DNA of 64,000 nucleotides, taken from assembly GCA_964229335.1 (NCBI GenBank), contig CAXRCZ010000004.1, forward strand, positions 1 through 64,000, in the 5' to 3' direction. Numbering within the stretch: the first letter of the stretch is position 1; the number at the start of each line of letters is the position of its first letter. The stretch is from Minisyncoccia bacterium (GTDB taxonomy: Bacteria; Patescibacteriota; Minisyncoccia; Phycocordibacterales; UBA918). Shown here piece after piece: positions 18,516-27,439 of this stretch. The notes below the pieces were generated by a model. It did not search any database, was not told the DNA's origin, and was given only the letters and a program-made list of their open reading frames with translations. Made by a program: the position numbers and the translations under genes.

Positions 18516-20048
18516 ATGAGAGTACTGGTACTACTTTTTATTTTATTCCTACCAATCCAACTGGTAGTAGCTCAAGAAGATGGAAGCACGTTTCAGGTAT
18601 ACTTTGATTTTACTGATTACGATGCTCCATCAGTACCAGCTAATCTGACTGCTGTACCGATTTCATCTACTAGCGTAGACCTGAGGTGGGACATTTCCAC
18701 TGATAACTTTACGGTGACAGGCTATGTGCTGTACCGAGACTCACAAGCCATTGCTACCACTACCCAAACCAGCTATCTCGATACGATGCTGATGCCGTCT
18801 ACAGCCTATACATACTCGGTTCAAGCGTTTGATCAGTCGGGCAATTATTCAGCTACCTCGACACCGGTGACGGTTACTACTTTATCGAGCGGTGGTTCGA
18901 CACGAACATCGCCGACTCTTGATGATGAGGTGAGTGTGGAGGTGGGATATACTAGTGCTGATATCTCTGTTGCTACCAACAGGCCGGCAAGAATAGAAAT
19001 TCGTTGGGGGCGTACTACACAATATGAATTAGGTTCCATCAGCAACAATCAACTAAATGATCGCTATCAAACACGGTTGGTGGATTTGGAACCTGGCACT
19101 ACGTATTATTACCAAATAGTGGGATATTCTCCGCGCGGAGAAGAAAGTATTTTAGAATCAGGCGAGTTTACAACTCTGAGCAACCCCACCACTCTGGCTG
19201 TGCCGAACGTAATTAATTTTACGGGAGAGAGAATTGATGATTCGGTACGGTTGCGCTGGCGGGTGCCAGACCTTGATTCGGTAGCGTACGTAAGAATTGT
19301 AAGAAATTATTTTGACTACCCTCGGACTATTACTGATGGGGCAGTAGTGTATCAAGGTGGCGGGAATACTTATTTTGATGAAGGAGTATTGTCTCAATAT
19401 TCGCCAGTCTATTACACTGCCTTTGTGGTAAATAAGGACGGCGATGTATCCTCGGGTGCGGTAGTGCGTGTATCCGCGAGCGATGAGGAAGGTGCTGGCT
19501 ATGCGGGAGAGGAAGGGATGGTAATTGTTGACCCTTCCGCAACTACAGACAAAGAGGTAAGTCCAGAAGACGTAAATGCTACTCGCATCCCTGCGCTTGA
19601 TGAGATTTTGTTACTTCAAGAAGGAAGAACAAAGAGTTTTTTTAACACTCCTTTGTGGCTTAAGGAGGGTAAAGAATTTATTATTTCCATTCCCCAAGAG
19701 GCCGTTTCTAACCGACTCAAGACTATATTGTTTTCGTTCACTAACCCCACTGATGTGCGCGAAAAATATTCATACATTCTGCGACTGAATGCCGAAGGAA
19801 CTGCCTATGAAGCATCGATACCCGGCCTCGATGTAGCCGGCACATCATGGTTTGCGCTAGAAATATATGACTACGAAGCCAAAACAGTGAGTACGTATCG
19901 AAAAGAAGTTTTGTTTGAATCGACTGTTAGTTATTTTTCTCTAGAAAGCCTGTTGGAGGTAATTTTGCGATATTGGCTACCACTAGCCATCATTATTTTG
20001 ATGGGTACTATCTTACTTCGATATCTTGTCTGGCGAGAGGATGATTAA
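18516..20048 (+). CDS. Fibronectin type III domain surface protein with C-terminal TM
   Basis: APSVPANLTA..VDLRWD.STDN..VTGY..Y...YSVQAFD..GN; LEPGTTYYYQI; signal peptide and C-terminal TM. Confidence 0.85.
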   Translation: MRVLVLLFILFLPIQLVVAQEDGSTFQVYFDFTDYDAPSVPANLTAVPISSTSVDLRWDISTDNFTVTGYVLYRDSQAIATTTQTSYLDTMLMPSTAYTYSVQAFDQSGNYSATSTPVTVTTLSSGGSTRTSPTLDDEVSVEVGYTSADISVATNRPARIEIRWGRTTQYELGSISNNQLNDRYQTRLVDLEPGTTYYYQIVGYSPRGEESILESGEFTTLSNPTTLAVPNVINFTGERIDDSVRLRWRVPDLDSVAYVRIVRNYFDYPRTITDGAVVYQGGGNTYFDEGVLSQYSPVYYTAFVVNKDGDVSSGAVVRVSASDEEGAGYAGEEGMVIVDPSATTDKEVSPEDVNATRIPALDEILLLQEGRTKSFFNTPLWLKEGKEFIISIPQEAVSNRLKTILFSFTNPTDVREKYSYILRLNAEGTAYEASIPGLDVAGTSWFALEIYDYEAKTVSTYRKEVLFESTVSYFSLESLLEVILRYWLPLAIIILMGTILLRYLVWREDD

Positions 20049-20054
20049 AGGGAT

Positions 20055-20552
20055 TTATTCCCAGATACCTGTGGTGGCGTTGTAGTAGGTGCAGCCAAAG
20101 TTTTTTGACATGTAACACAGTTGTTCACCATTAGTTACACCACAGTATGCCGCTTCCCATGGTGGGTGGATTCCACAATAAACTCCGCTGTAACTTGTCC
20201 TGGTGTCGGTTCTAGTCATATGTATCAGGCTACCTTCGCTGGAAGACCATACATATTGATACCAGATAAATCCTTGCGGTGGGGCTGGCCAGGTGCCGTA
20301 ACCTGACCCCAACGAGCAGAAGTCATTTGTTGGGTCGCCAGTATAGTTTGGAACTGTGACGGTTCCACCATTAAAATTACATAAAACAATTAAGTTCAAG
20401 ATATCTCTATTACTAGATTTTAAAGCGACATCTGCCGCGGCCTGCCTAGCATCGTCCAAGGAAGCTAAGACAACAGACGCTAAAAGACCAATAATGGCAA
20501 TTACTACCAAGAGTTCAATGAGAGTAAAACCTCTATTGGGGAACGGAATCAT
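20055..20552 (-). CDS. Type IV pilin-like protein
   Basis: NRG|FTLIELLVVIAIIGLLASVV class III signal; Cys-rich C-terminus. Confidence 0.9.
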   Translation of the reverse strand: MIPFPNRGFTLIELLVVIAIIGLLASVVLASLDDARQAAADVALKSSNRDILNLIVLCNFNGGTVTVPNYTGDPTNDFCSLGSGYGTWPAPPQGFIWYQYVWSSSEGSLIHMTRTDTRTSYSGVYCGIHPPWEAAYCGVTNGEQLCYMSKNFGCTYYNATTGIWE

Positions 20553-20793
20553 AATTTATACCTGGAACTATTGGTTCTGGTAGAGAAGTGGCCTCATTGC
20601 CACCAAAAAGTACATTGACACCAAGTATTAATATTACTATCACTACGAACATAACTATCAATACTTTACTAGCGCTGTTAGCATCCTTGGCTAGACCATT
20701 TTTGATAATGAATCCAGTCAAACCGCCAGACTTTTTCTTCACTAGTCGGTTTTGGCGATATTGATTTTCATCATTAAAGGAAATTTCTGACAT
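20533..20793 (-). CDS. Small single-TM protein, paralog of 26036-26302
   Basis: FNDENQY..SGGLTGFIIKNGLAKDANSASKVLI then a TM helix; overlaps the pilin start. Confidence 0.7.
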   Translation of the reverse strand: MSEISFNDENQYRQNRLVKKKSGGLTGFIIKNGLAKDANSASKVLIVMFVVIVILILGVNVLFGGNEATSLPEPIVPGINYDSVPQ

Positions 20794-20921
20794 ATATACA
20801 GTATAGCCTAGCTCTAGTTTGAAATAGTTTGATTAAGAATTAGCTGTGAATTGCTCTTATGCCTATCGTACCTGAGGATAATCTACCTGTCAGAGGAGTA
20901 AGAGAACGATATAGTTAAGGT

Positions 20922-21047
20922 ATGAGTCCCGTTAGAAATCACGGTCACGTTAATTGCATTACAGCGATGAATTATGGTCGATACAGTTGTAAGTATTTAA
21001 ACATGGAATCGGATTTACGGTCGAGACCTATTTCTAACGGGATGAGT
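20922..21047. mobile_element. MITE-like inverted-repeat element with 6-bp flanking direct repeat
   Basis: ATGAGT-[CCCGTTAGAAAT 20928-20939 ... ATTTCTAACGGG 21030-21041]-ATGAGT. Confidence 0.7.
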
Positions 21048-21089
21048 AAAACTAAAGTAGCGATAAATGGGTTTGGCTCGCCCCGTTAG
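21042..21089 (+). pseudogene. Truncated duplicate of the gap 5' end
   Basis: Encodes MSKTKVAINGFG then SPR*, versus MKKTRVAINGFGR for intact gap at 21399. Confidence 0.8.
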
Positions 21090-21355
21090 AGACTTGTCAT
21101 GTTTTATGTATATGTGTTGCAAAGTGAAAAAGATAAAAAGTTGTACACTGGGTGTACAACAGATCTACGGGAGCGTTTCAAGCAACATACTATGGGACAA
21201 GTGACCTCCACTAAAGGTCGCACTCCTTTTACTCTGATATACTATGAAGCATGTTTAGATAAAAAGGACGCGTATGACCGAGAGCACTATCTCAAATCAG
21301 GACCGGGGAAAAGGTATTTGAAAAATCGCTTGAAACGCTCCCTGTCTCTAACGGG
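21082..21355. mobile_element. GIY-YIG-carrying inverted-repeat element
   Basis: Perfect 12-bp IR CCCGTTAGAGAC (21082-21093) / GTCTCTAACGGG (21344-21355) enclosing almost the whole nuclease ORF. Confidence 0.65.
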
Positions 21356-21359
21356 ATAA
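21099..21359 (+). CDS. Small GIY-YIG nuclease family protein
   Basis: FYVYVL..LYTGCTTDLRERFKQH..G..TK.R.P..LIYYE..A..RE..LKSG. Confidence 0.92.
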   Translation: MFYVYVLQSEKDKKLYTGCTTDLRERFKQHTMGQVTSTKGRTPFTLIYYEACLDKKDAYDREHYLKSGPGKRYLKNRLKRSLSLTG

Positions 21360-21398
21360 AAGCATAAATTTATATAATATGTTAATAGAGACAAAAAT

Positions 21399-22433
21399 AT
21401 GAAAAAAACCAGAGTAGCTATAAATGGGTTTGGGCGCATCGGGAGAGCGTTTTTTCGTGCATCATACGGTCACCCAGACATTGAGGTGGTAGCGATAAAT
21501 GATTTGGGTAGTTTAGATAACCTAGCTTATTTATTGGAATACGACTCAGTCTACGGCAGAAGCCCTTTTTCGGTAGAAGTAAAAGACGGGAAGTTAGTAA
21601 TTGATGATAGAGAAATTGATTTCATTCAAGAACGTGAGCCAGCTAAATTGCCGTGGCAAGATAAGCAGATTGATGTGGTAGTTGAAGCAACCGGCTTCTT
21701 CACTACCTACCAAGGTTCAAAACAACACCTACAAGCTGGCGCTCAGCGGGTGGTCGTGTCAGCGCCGGTAAAAGATGAACCAGAAGCGGCTGGGGTGGCT
21801 GGGGCAACGGTGTTGATGGGGGTGAATGATGATGCACTAGCTACCTGTCAGATTTCTTCCAATGGGTCATGTACCACAAACGCTACCAGTCCACTAATTG
21901 CGATATTGAAAGAGTCTATTGGCATTGATAAGGCGGTATTAAGTACAGTACACGCCTACACTTCCACCCAATCTCTAATGGATAGCCCGAACAAAAAAGA
22001 TGTCCGTCGCGGTCGAGCGGCAGCACTCAATATCATTCCAGCCTCAACTGGTGCCGCTATTGCTACCACCAAAGCTCATACTGAATTGACTAATAAGTTT
22101 GACGGTATGGCCCTCAGAGTGCCGGTGCCAGTCGGGTCATTTGTTGACGTTACCTTTGTGGCGAGTCGAGCGACCACCGTCGAAGAAGTAAATCAACAAC
22201 TACAAAAAGCTTCTCATGATGAGCGGTGGAAAGACATCTTCGTCGCTACTGATGAACCACTTGTCTCTAGCGATATTATCGGTTCAAAGATTGGTTCGAT
22301 AGCTGATTTATCTTGCACAAAAGTCATTGATGGTAATTTAGTAAAGGTGTGCGCTTGGTACGATAATGAGACGAGTTACACGCAGACACTAGTAAAGCAT
22401 GTAGCCACCGTTGGAACGCATCTCAAAAATTAA
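21399..22433 (+). CDS. gap: Glyceraldehyde-3-phosphate dehydrogenase
   Basis: VAINGFGRIGR, SNGSCTTN, IIPASTGAA, GMALRVP, AWYDNE. Confidence 0.96.
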   Translation: MKKTRVAINGFGRIGRAFFRASYGHPDIEVVAINDLGSLDNLAYLLEYDSVYGRSPFSVEVKDGKLVIDDREIDFIQEREPAKLPWQDKQIDVVVEATGFFTTYQGSKQHLQAGAQRVVVSAPVKDEPEAAGVAGATVLMGVNDDALATCQISSNGSCTTNATSPLIAILKESIGIDKAVLSTVHAYTSTQSLMDSPNKKDVRRGRAAALNIIPASTGAAIATTKAHTELTNKFDGMALRVPVPVGSFVDVTFVASRATTVEEVNQQLQKASHDERWKDIFVATDEPLVSSDIIGSKIGSIADLSCTKVIDGNLVKVCAWYDNETSYTQTLVKHVATVGTHLKN

Positions 22434-22442
22434 GTTTTGGTT

Positions 22443-22910
22443 ATGTCTACCCATGCAAACAAAACTATCTTCCTCGCCTCTGACCACGGTGGCTTTGCCT
22501 TAAAAGAGACAGTTAAAAATTGGCTGATTGTGGGAGGGTGGCAAGTCGAAGATTGTGGAGCGAATGAATTTAATGAGCAAGACGACTTCCCTGATTTTAT
22601 AAGCCTGGCTGCCAAGGCAGTGTCTGAAGATTCTGACTCTAAAGTGGCAATTATTTTTGGCGGTTCTGGACAAGGAGAAGCTATAATGGCTAACCGCTTT
22701 CAGGGAGTGCGAGCGGTAGTATATTACGGTGGTGATAAAGAGATTGTAAAATTGTCTCGAACTCATAATGATGCCAACGTACTATCTCTGGGCGCTAGAT
22801 TCATTTCTGAAGCAGAAGCCCGTACGGTTATTGAGGATTGGCTTAAGGAAGAGTTTACCGGTGAAACCAAACGAATTCGACGCAATACTAAACTTGATTC
22901 ACTGTCATGA
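22443..22910 (+). CDS. rpiB: Ribose-5-phosphate isomerase B family
   Basis: ASDHGGFALKE, GGSGQGEAIMANR, SRTHNDANVLSLGAR. Confidence 0.9.
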   Translation: MSTHANKTIFLASDHGGFALKETVKNWLIVGGWQVEDCGANEFNEQDDFPDFISLAAKAVSEDSDSKVAIIFGGSGQGEAIMANRFQGVRAVVYYGGDKEIVKLSRTHNDANVLSLGARFISEAEARTVIEDWLKEEFTGETKRIRRNTKLDSLS

Positions 22911-23566
22911 ATCAATCATTACCAATTGTTCCAGCGTTGATTCCAGTGGGTGAGTCAGAGGTCAGAGAATTTGCTTTAGTAGTAGAGTTTGCAAGAGAGA
23001 TACAAATTGATGTAGTAGATGGAATATTCGTTCCAACTACCTCCTGGCCATACGAGCCCAACGGAGAACCTAAACATGTGCGTCAATACACTGACAGGTA
23101 CACATTAGAAGTAGACTTGATGGTACAAGAACCCTTAGCGGCTGCCGAAGATTGGTTAGATGCGGGTGTAGATATGCTGGTATTTCATTGCGAATCCCTT
23201 AGCCTGGAACAGTTTAAAAAATTTAAAAACACACATAACGTTAGCGTGGGTGCGGCGTATCACGGTGGTACAACGTATGAATATTTTGCTCCCTACGCTG
23301 CGCTAGCGGACTACGTTCAGTTAATGGGAGTGCGTACAATTGGTGCACAAGGACAAAACTTTGATGACAAAATACTGAAAAGAATAAAACAGGTAAAAGC
23401 AGACTTTCCGGAAAAAATGATTAGTGTGGACGGTTCAGTGAATGAAAATACAATTGAGCGCTTGAAAGAAGTTGGCGCCACTCGTTTTGTTAGTGGTTCA
23501 GCGATTCTAGCAGCTGACAATCCGGCAAAAGCTTTTTCACAACTGACAGAGTTGGTCAGTAAGTAG
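22907..23566 (+). CDS. rpe: Ribulose-phosphate 3-epimerase
   Basis: QIDVVDGIFVP, EVDLMV, VQLMGV..GAQGQ, VDGSVN, VSGSAI; operon context. Confidence 0.88.
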   Translation: MNQSLPIVPALIPVGESEVREFALVVEFAREIQIDVVDGIFVPTTSWPYEPNGEPKHVRQYTDRYTLEVDLMVQEPLAAAEDWLDAGVDMLVFHCESLSLEQFKKFKNTHNVSVGAAYHGGTTYEYFAPYAALADYVQLMGVRTIGAQGQNFDDKILKRIKQVKADFPEKMISVDGSVNENTIERLKEVGATRFVSGSAILAADNPAKAFSQLTELVSK

Positions 23567-23605
23567 AAAACAAATTTTTTGGTCTGCTATACTAGAAGCA
23601 AATAT

Positions 23606-24502
23606 ATGCCGTACCTTAGCTCAGAAGAGATAAAAGAACTCGAACTCCAAGCCAATACTATTCGGCAAAGTATTATCGAGATGCTCACCGAAGCGGGTAG
23701 TGGTCATACGGCAGGACCGCTGGGGATGGCAGACATATTTACGCTCCTATATTTTTCTATTCTTAAACACGACCCCAAGAATCCTGATTGGGAAGAGCGT
23801 GACCGACTCATCTTGTCCAATGGTCACATTTGTCCAGTACTCTATGCCACGCTCGCACACGCGGGGTACTTTCCGCTTGAAGAGTTGATGACTTTGCGGA
23901 AGTTTGGTTCAAGGCTGCAAGGCCATCCGCACCGCGAGACGCTACCTGGGATTGAGACAAGTTCGGGTCCACTTGGTTCTGGGCTTTCGCAAGCTATTGG
24001 AATGGCTATGGCAGAACGAATCGATAACCCTTATTCATCAAAATTCTTTTATTGTCTTACTGGTGACGGAGAGCTTAACGAAGGCCAGATTTGGGAAGCT
24101 TTGATGTTGGCTGGTAAAGAAGAGCTTAATAATTTAATAGTCATTATTGATCGCAATGGTATCCAGATTGATGGATACACTAAGGATGTAATGCCACTTG
24201 AACCACTGAATGAAAAGTTAGCCGCCTTTAATTTTGATGTGCAGGAGGTTGATGGCCACAGTATGCGAGCGCTCAATGATGCGATTGGGAAAGCTCAGGC
24301 AGTGTACAGTCAGCCGTCAGTAATTATCGCTCACACTATTCCTGCGAAGGGAGTGGATGTGTTTGAGCGAGATTTCCGCTGGCACGGTAATCCGCCAGGC
24401 AAAGGACCAGAAGATAAAGTGCCGCATGAGAAGCAAGCCGCTGTTGCGCTGAAGAAATTACGCACTCTAGCCGGCCTAATCAAAGCCCAAGATATTGAAT
24501 AA
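23606..24502 (+). CDS. tkt: Transketolase, N-terminal (TPP-binding) subunit
   Basis: SGHTAG, DRLILSNGH, LQGHP, SGPLGSGLS, GDGELNEGQIWE. Confidence 0.93.
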   Translation: MPYLSSEEIKELELQANTIRQSIIEMLTEAGSGHTAGPLGMADIFTLLYFSILKHDPKNPDWEERDRLILSNGHICPVLYATLAHAGYFPLEELMTLRKFGSRLQGHPHRETLPGIETSSGPLGSGLSQAIGMAMAERIDNPYSSKFFYCLTGDGELNEGQIWEALMLAGKEELNNLIVIIDRNGIQIDGYTKDVMPLEPLNEKLAAFNFDVQEVDGHSMRALNDAIGKAQAVYSQPSVIIAHTIPAKGVDVFERDFRWHGNPPGKGPEDKVPHEKQAAVALKKLRTLAGLIKAQDIE

Positions 24503-24503
24503 T

Positions 24504-25484
24504 ATGACTTTTGCATCACATCTAAAACCAGATTTCCATACTGACGTAGAAAAAGTACCAACGCGTAATGGGTATGGTGAGGGTTTACTCGAAGCCGGCA
24601 AACGTGATGAACGAGTAGTGGCGCTGTGCTGTGACCTGACAGAATCAACTCGGACGGATAAATTTGCTGAAGCGTTTCCGAAGCGCTTTATTGAAGTTGG
24701 CGTGGCGGAACAAAACCTCGCCTCAGTCGGGTCTGGTATGGCGGCAATGGGAAAGATTCCGTTTATTGCCTCGTACGCGGCTTTCTCGCCCGGACGCAAC
24801 TGGGAACAAATCCGGACTACTATTGCTTACAACAACAGTAATGTAAAAGTCTTAGGTGCTCACGCTGGTGTCTCAGTTGGTCCTGATGGCGCTACTCATC
24901 AAATGACTGAAGACATTGCTTTGATGCGCGCCATGCCTAACATGGTAGTGCTAGCGCCAGCCGATGTGCATGAAGTCAGAAAAGCCACTTTGGCAGCAGC
25001 GCAATACGACGGTCCGGTGTATCTGAGAGTCGGTCGCAGCGCCACGCCGGTAGTGACTACCAAAGAATCACCATTTGAAATCGGGAAAGGCGAGATAATG
25101 TATCAGGGAGACAGTAATGCCAAGAAAAAAGTTGGCCTGATTGTCACTGGTTCATTGCTCTACAATGCGCTTATAGCGGCTAAGGAATCTGATGGTGCCG
25201 AACAGTCTGTCTCCGTACTGCATCTTCCAACTATTAAGCCGTTAGATACAGCAATTCTTGAAGAATTTGCATCTGATAAAGACGCACTGATTACAATTGA
25301 AGAACACCAAATTATCGGCGGACTAGGTAGTGCCGTAGCAGAGCATGTGTCAGCCACACAGCCAATTAAAACAATCTGCCTTGGTATGAACGATTGTTTT
25401 GGTCAATCTGGTGAGCCAGAAGAATTACTGTCGCACTATGGTATGGATATACCGACCATTATAAAAACGATTCATTCTGTATAA
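24504..25484 (+). CDS. tkt: Transketolase, C-terminal subunit
   Basis: EVGVAEQN, HAGVSVGPDGATHQ, GPVYLR, TIKPLD, EEHQIIGGLG. Confidence 0.93.
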   Translation: MTFASHLKPDFHTDVEKVPTRNGYGEGLLEAGKRDERVVALCCDLTESTRTDKFAEAFPKRFIEVGVAEQNLASVGSGMAAMGKIPFIASYAAFSPGRNWEQIRTTIAYNNSNVKVLGAHAGVSVGPDGATHQMTEDIALMRAMPNMVVLAPADVHEVRKATLAAAQYDGPVYLRVGRSATPVVTTKESPFEIGKGEIMYQGDSNAKKKVGLIVTGSLLYNALIAAKESDGAEQSVSVLHLPTIKPLDTAILEEFASDKDALITIEEHQIIGGLGSAVAEHVSATQPIKTICLGMNDCFGQSGEPEELLSHYGMDIPTIIKTIHSV

Positions 25485-25514
25485 AACACCGTGCTATTAT
25501 TGAGGTGATAGCGT

Positions 25515-26033
25515 ATGAACTATTCAACACGCGGCTTTACCCTCATTGAATTACTAGTAGTGATTGCCATCATTGGCGTGTTAGCGTCGGTGGTGCTGAG
25601 TGGTCTTCAGAGTTCGCGCGAGGCGGCGTTGGATGCACGTCGCAAATCAGATGTCGATCAAATTGTAAAAGCTTTGTACCTCTATGAACTGCGACAAGGT
25701 AATTGGATGGAGGTAGGTAGCGGCTGCGGTGCCGCTGGAAATGGTAATGGTTGGTTTAATTACGGTGGAGGTTCTTACGCAACTTCTATGGCTCAATGTC
25801 TTGTCGATGCTGGAGCTGCTTCGGCTATCCTTATCGATCCAACCGGTGATATCACTTCTACTCCTACCACTGGAAACACCTATATGAAATACTATTGTGC
25901 ACAGAATGGACAGACTAGAACGTATGTGTTTGCCAAATTAGACACAGTACCGCAGAGCAGTAACGCCACCGATACTACGTGCTGTCCTCACTGCGATAGT
26001 CATTACGGGATGAATTACTATAAACAGATATAA
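25515..26033 (+). CDS. Type IV pilin-like protein
   Basis: TRG|FTLIELLVVIAIIGVLASVV; DARRKSD; Cys-rich C-terminus. Confidence 0.9.
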   Translation: MNYSTRGFTLIELLVVIAIIGVLASVVLSGLQSSREAALDARRKSDVDQIVKALYLYELRQGNWMEVGSGCGAAGNGNGWFNYGGGSYATSMAQCLVDAGAASAILIDPTGDITSTPTTGNTYMKYYCAQNGQTRTYVFAKLDTVPQSSNATDTTCCPHCDSHYGMNYYKQI

Positions 26034-26035
26034 AT

Positions 26036-26302
26036 ATGAGTAAATTAACCTTTGATGAGCAGCAATACTCATCGACTTCAAGATCAAAATTACCCAAGAA
26101 TAGCGGCTTGGTCGGCTGGTTAATCAAAAAAGACTGGGCTAAAAATAGTAGCCAAGCTACCTTGATATTAATCGGTATTTTTGTAGTCTGCGCAGTATTT
26201 TTGGCTATCAGGTACTGGCCTGGTTCAGGTAACGAAACCTTAACGCCAGTCGAAATCGAGCAAGCCGGCGGACCCAACGACCCTGGTATCTATGGCTCGT
26301 AA
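26036..26302 (+). CDS. Small single-TM protein, paralog of 20533-20793
   Basis: FDEQQY..SGLVGWLIKKDWAKNSSQATLILI then a TM helix. Confidence 0.7.
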   Translation: MSKLTFDEQQYSSTSRSKLPKNSGLVGWLIKKDWAKNSSQATLILIGIFVVCAVFLAIRYWPGSGNETLTPVEIEQAGGPNDPGIYGS

Positions 26303-26319
26303 ATGATGCCTCGTTACAT

Positions 26320-27321
26320 CTATACTTTAGTCGCTTGATAATCATCTGGTCGACTGGCTAAATATTCTTCTAATTTTTCTCGTGTGAGTAATCCTTCTTG
26401 GGCACCTATATACTGCACCACTGACATGGAATTAATTGGTCCCCACGATAGCGCTTCGGCTGGGTCTTTGCCTAAGATAATAGCTGAGGTAAATGTGCTA
26501 GAGAAAGAGTCACCAGCACCAGTGCGGTCGACTGGTGGTGTAGGGTCTGGGTACATCGGCATATGCCACGCCTGATCATCAGCATCAACAGTATAGGCCC
26601 CATTTGGTCCGTCGGTAATGACTGGAATGGTTGGGCCTAGTTCCCGCACTGCTCGGATGAGAGTCGGGATATCTTGTTCGGTAGATTTGAGAATCTCTTG
26701 AGCTTCTTCTTTGTTACAGAAAAAGATTTCGGTGTTTTCGTACACATCTTTAATAGCTTCGTATCCGACTTTTATTTGGAAGGTGCCTGGTTGAAAGACA
26801 AGTTTAGTTTCATTATTTTTTACGTAGTCAGCGATTTCGTGGTGGTACGGTAATCCGTGTTCACCAACTGAAGAGAAATAAAAGAACTTTGGTGGAACTG
26901 GGAAGTCAGGGAGAGCGTAGGGATATTCTTCGTGATTGATTAAAATAGTCCGTTCTGGGCCGTAGCGCAGTACGTAGTGATAGTTAGTTGATTTGTCTTC
27001 ATGAAGTTTTACAAAGTCGGTGTGAATACCATTGTCTCGCAGTGCTTGCAGACACTCCTTGCCAAATTTGTCGTTGCCGATATGGGTCACCAACGCAGTT
27101 TCTAGTCCCAATCTATGTGCTCCAGTAGCAGCATTAGGAGAATTACCTACTGCCGGCACTACGGTCACATCGTCATATGGTAGCTTACTGCCAAACGGCA
27201 TTTGGAGGGTCTTTCTGCCAGTATCTTGATCGATTGAGACATCCGCTTGGTCAACATTAAGTTGAATAAAGGCATCAATCAGGATATCGCCAATGGCAAC
27301 AAAATCATATTGGTGAGACAT
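26320..27321 (-). CDS. PfkB family carbohydrate kinase
   Basis: GNSPNAA, IGNDKFG, FCNKEEA, VITDGPNG, DRTGAGDSF. Confidence 0.9.
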   Translation of the reverse strand: MSHQYDFVAIGDILIDAFIQLNVDQADVSIDQDTGRKTLQMPFGSKLPYDDVTVVPAVGNSPNAATGAHRLGLETALVTHIGNDKFGKECLQALRDNGIHTDFVKLHEDKSTNYHYVLRYGPERTILINHEEYPYALPDFPVPPKFFYFSSVGEHGLPYHHEIADYVKNNETKLVFQPGTFQIKVGYEAIKDVYENTEIFFCNKEEAQEILKSTEQDIPTLIRAVRELGPTIPVITDGPNGAYTVDADDQAWHMPMYPDPTPPVDRTGAGDSFSSTFTSAIILGKDPAEALSWGPINSMSVVQYIGAQEGLLTREKLEEYLASRPDDYQATKV

Positions 27322-27439
27322 AAAAAACTAAGAAATTAACGAAGTAAACAAGAGTATAGTCAGTATAGCATCGTCAGTTGTACCCAATCTTAGTAGTGGG
27401 TATTACGAGCAGCAAAAAGGTTTGTTATACTGATGAGGT

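Noticed and set aside
21042-21398. Group I intron in gap with a homing endonuclease
   Set aside because: Too short for a ribozyme core, removal does not cleanly restore the frame, and gap is intact downstream with its own start.
23606-25484. Frameshifted transketolase pseudogene
   Set aside because: Two-gene transketolases are a known arrangement, and both halves have intact motifs and their own starts.
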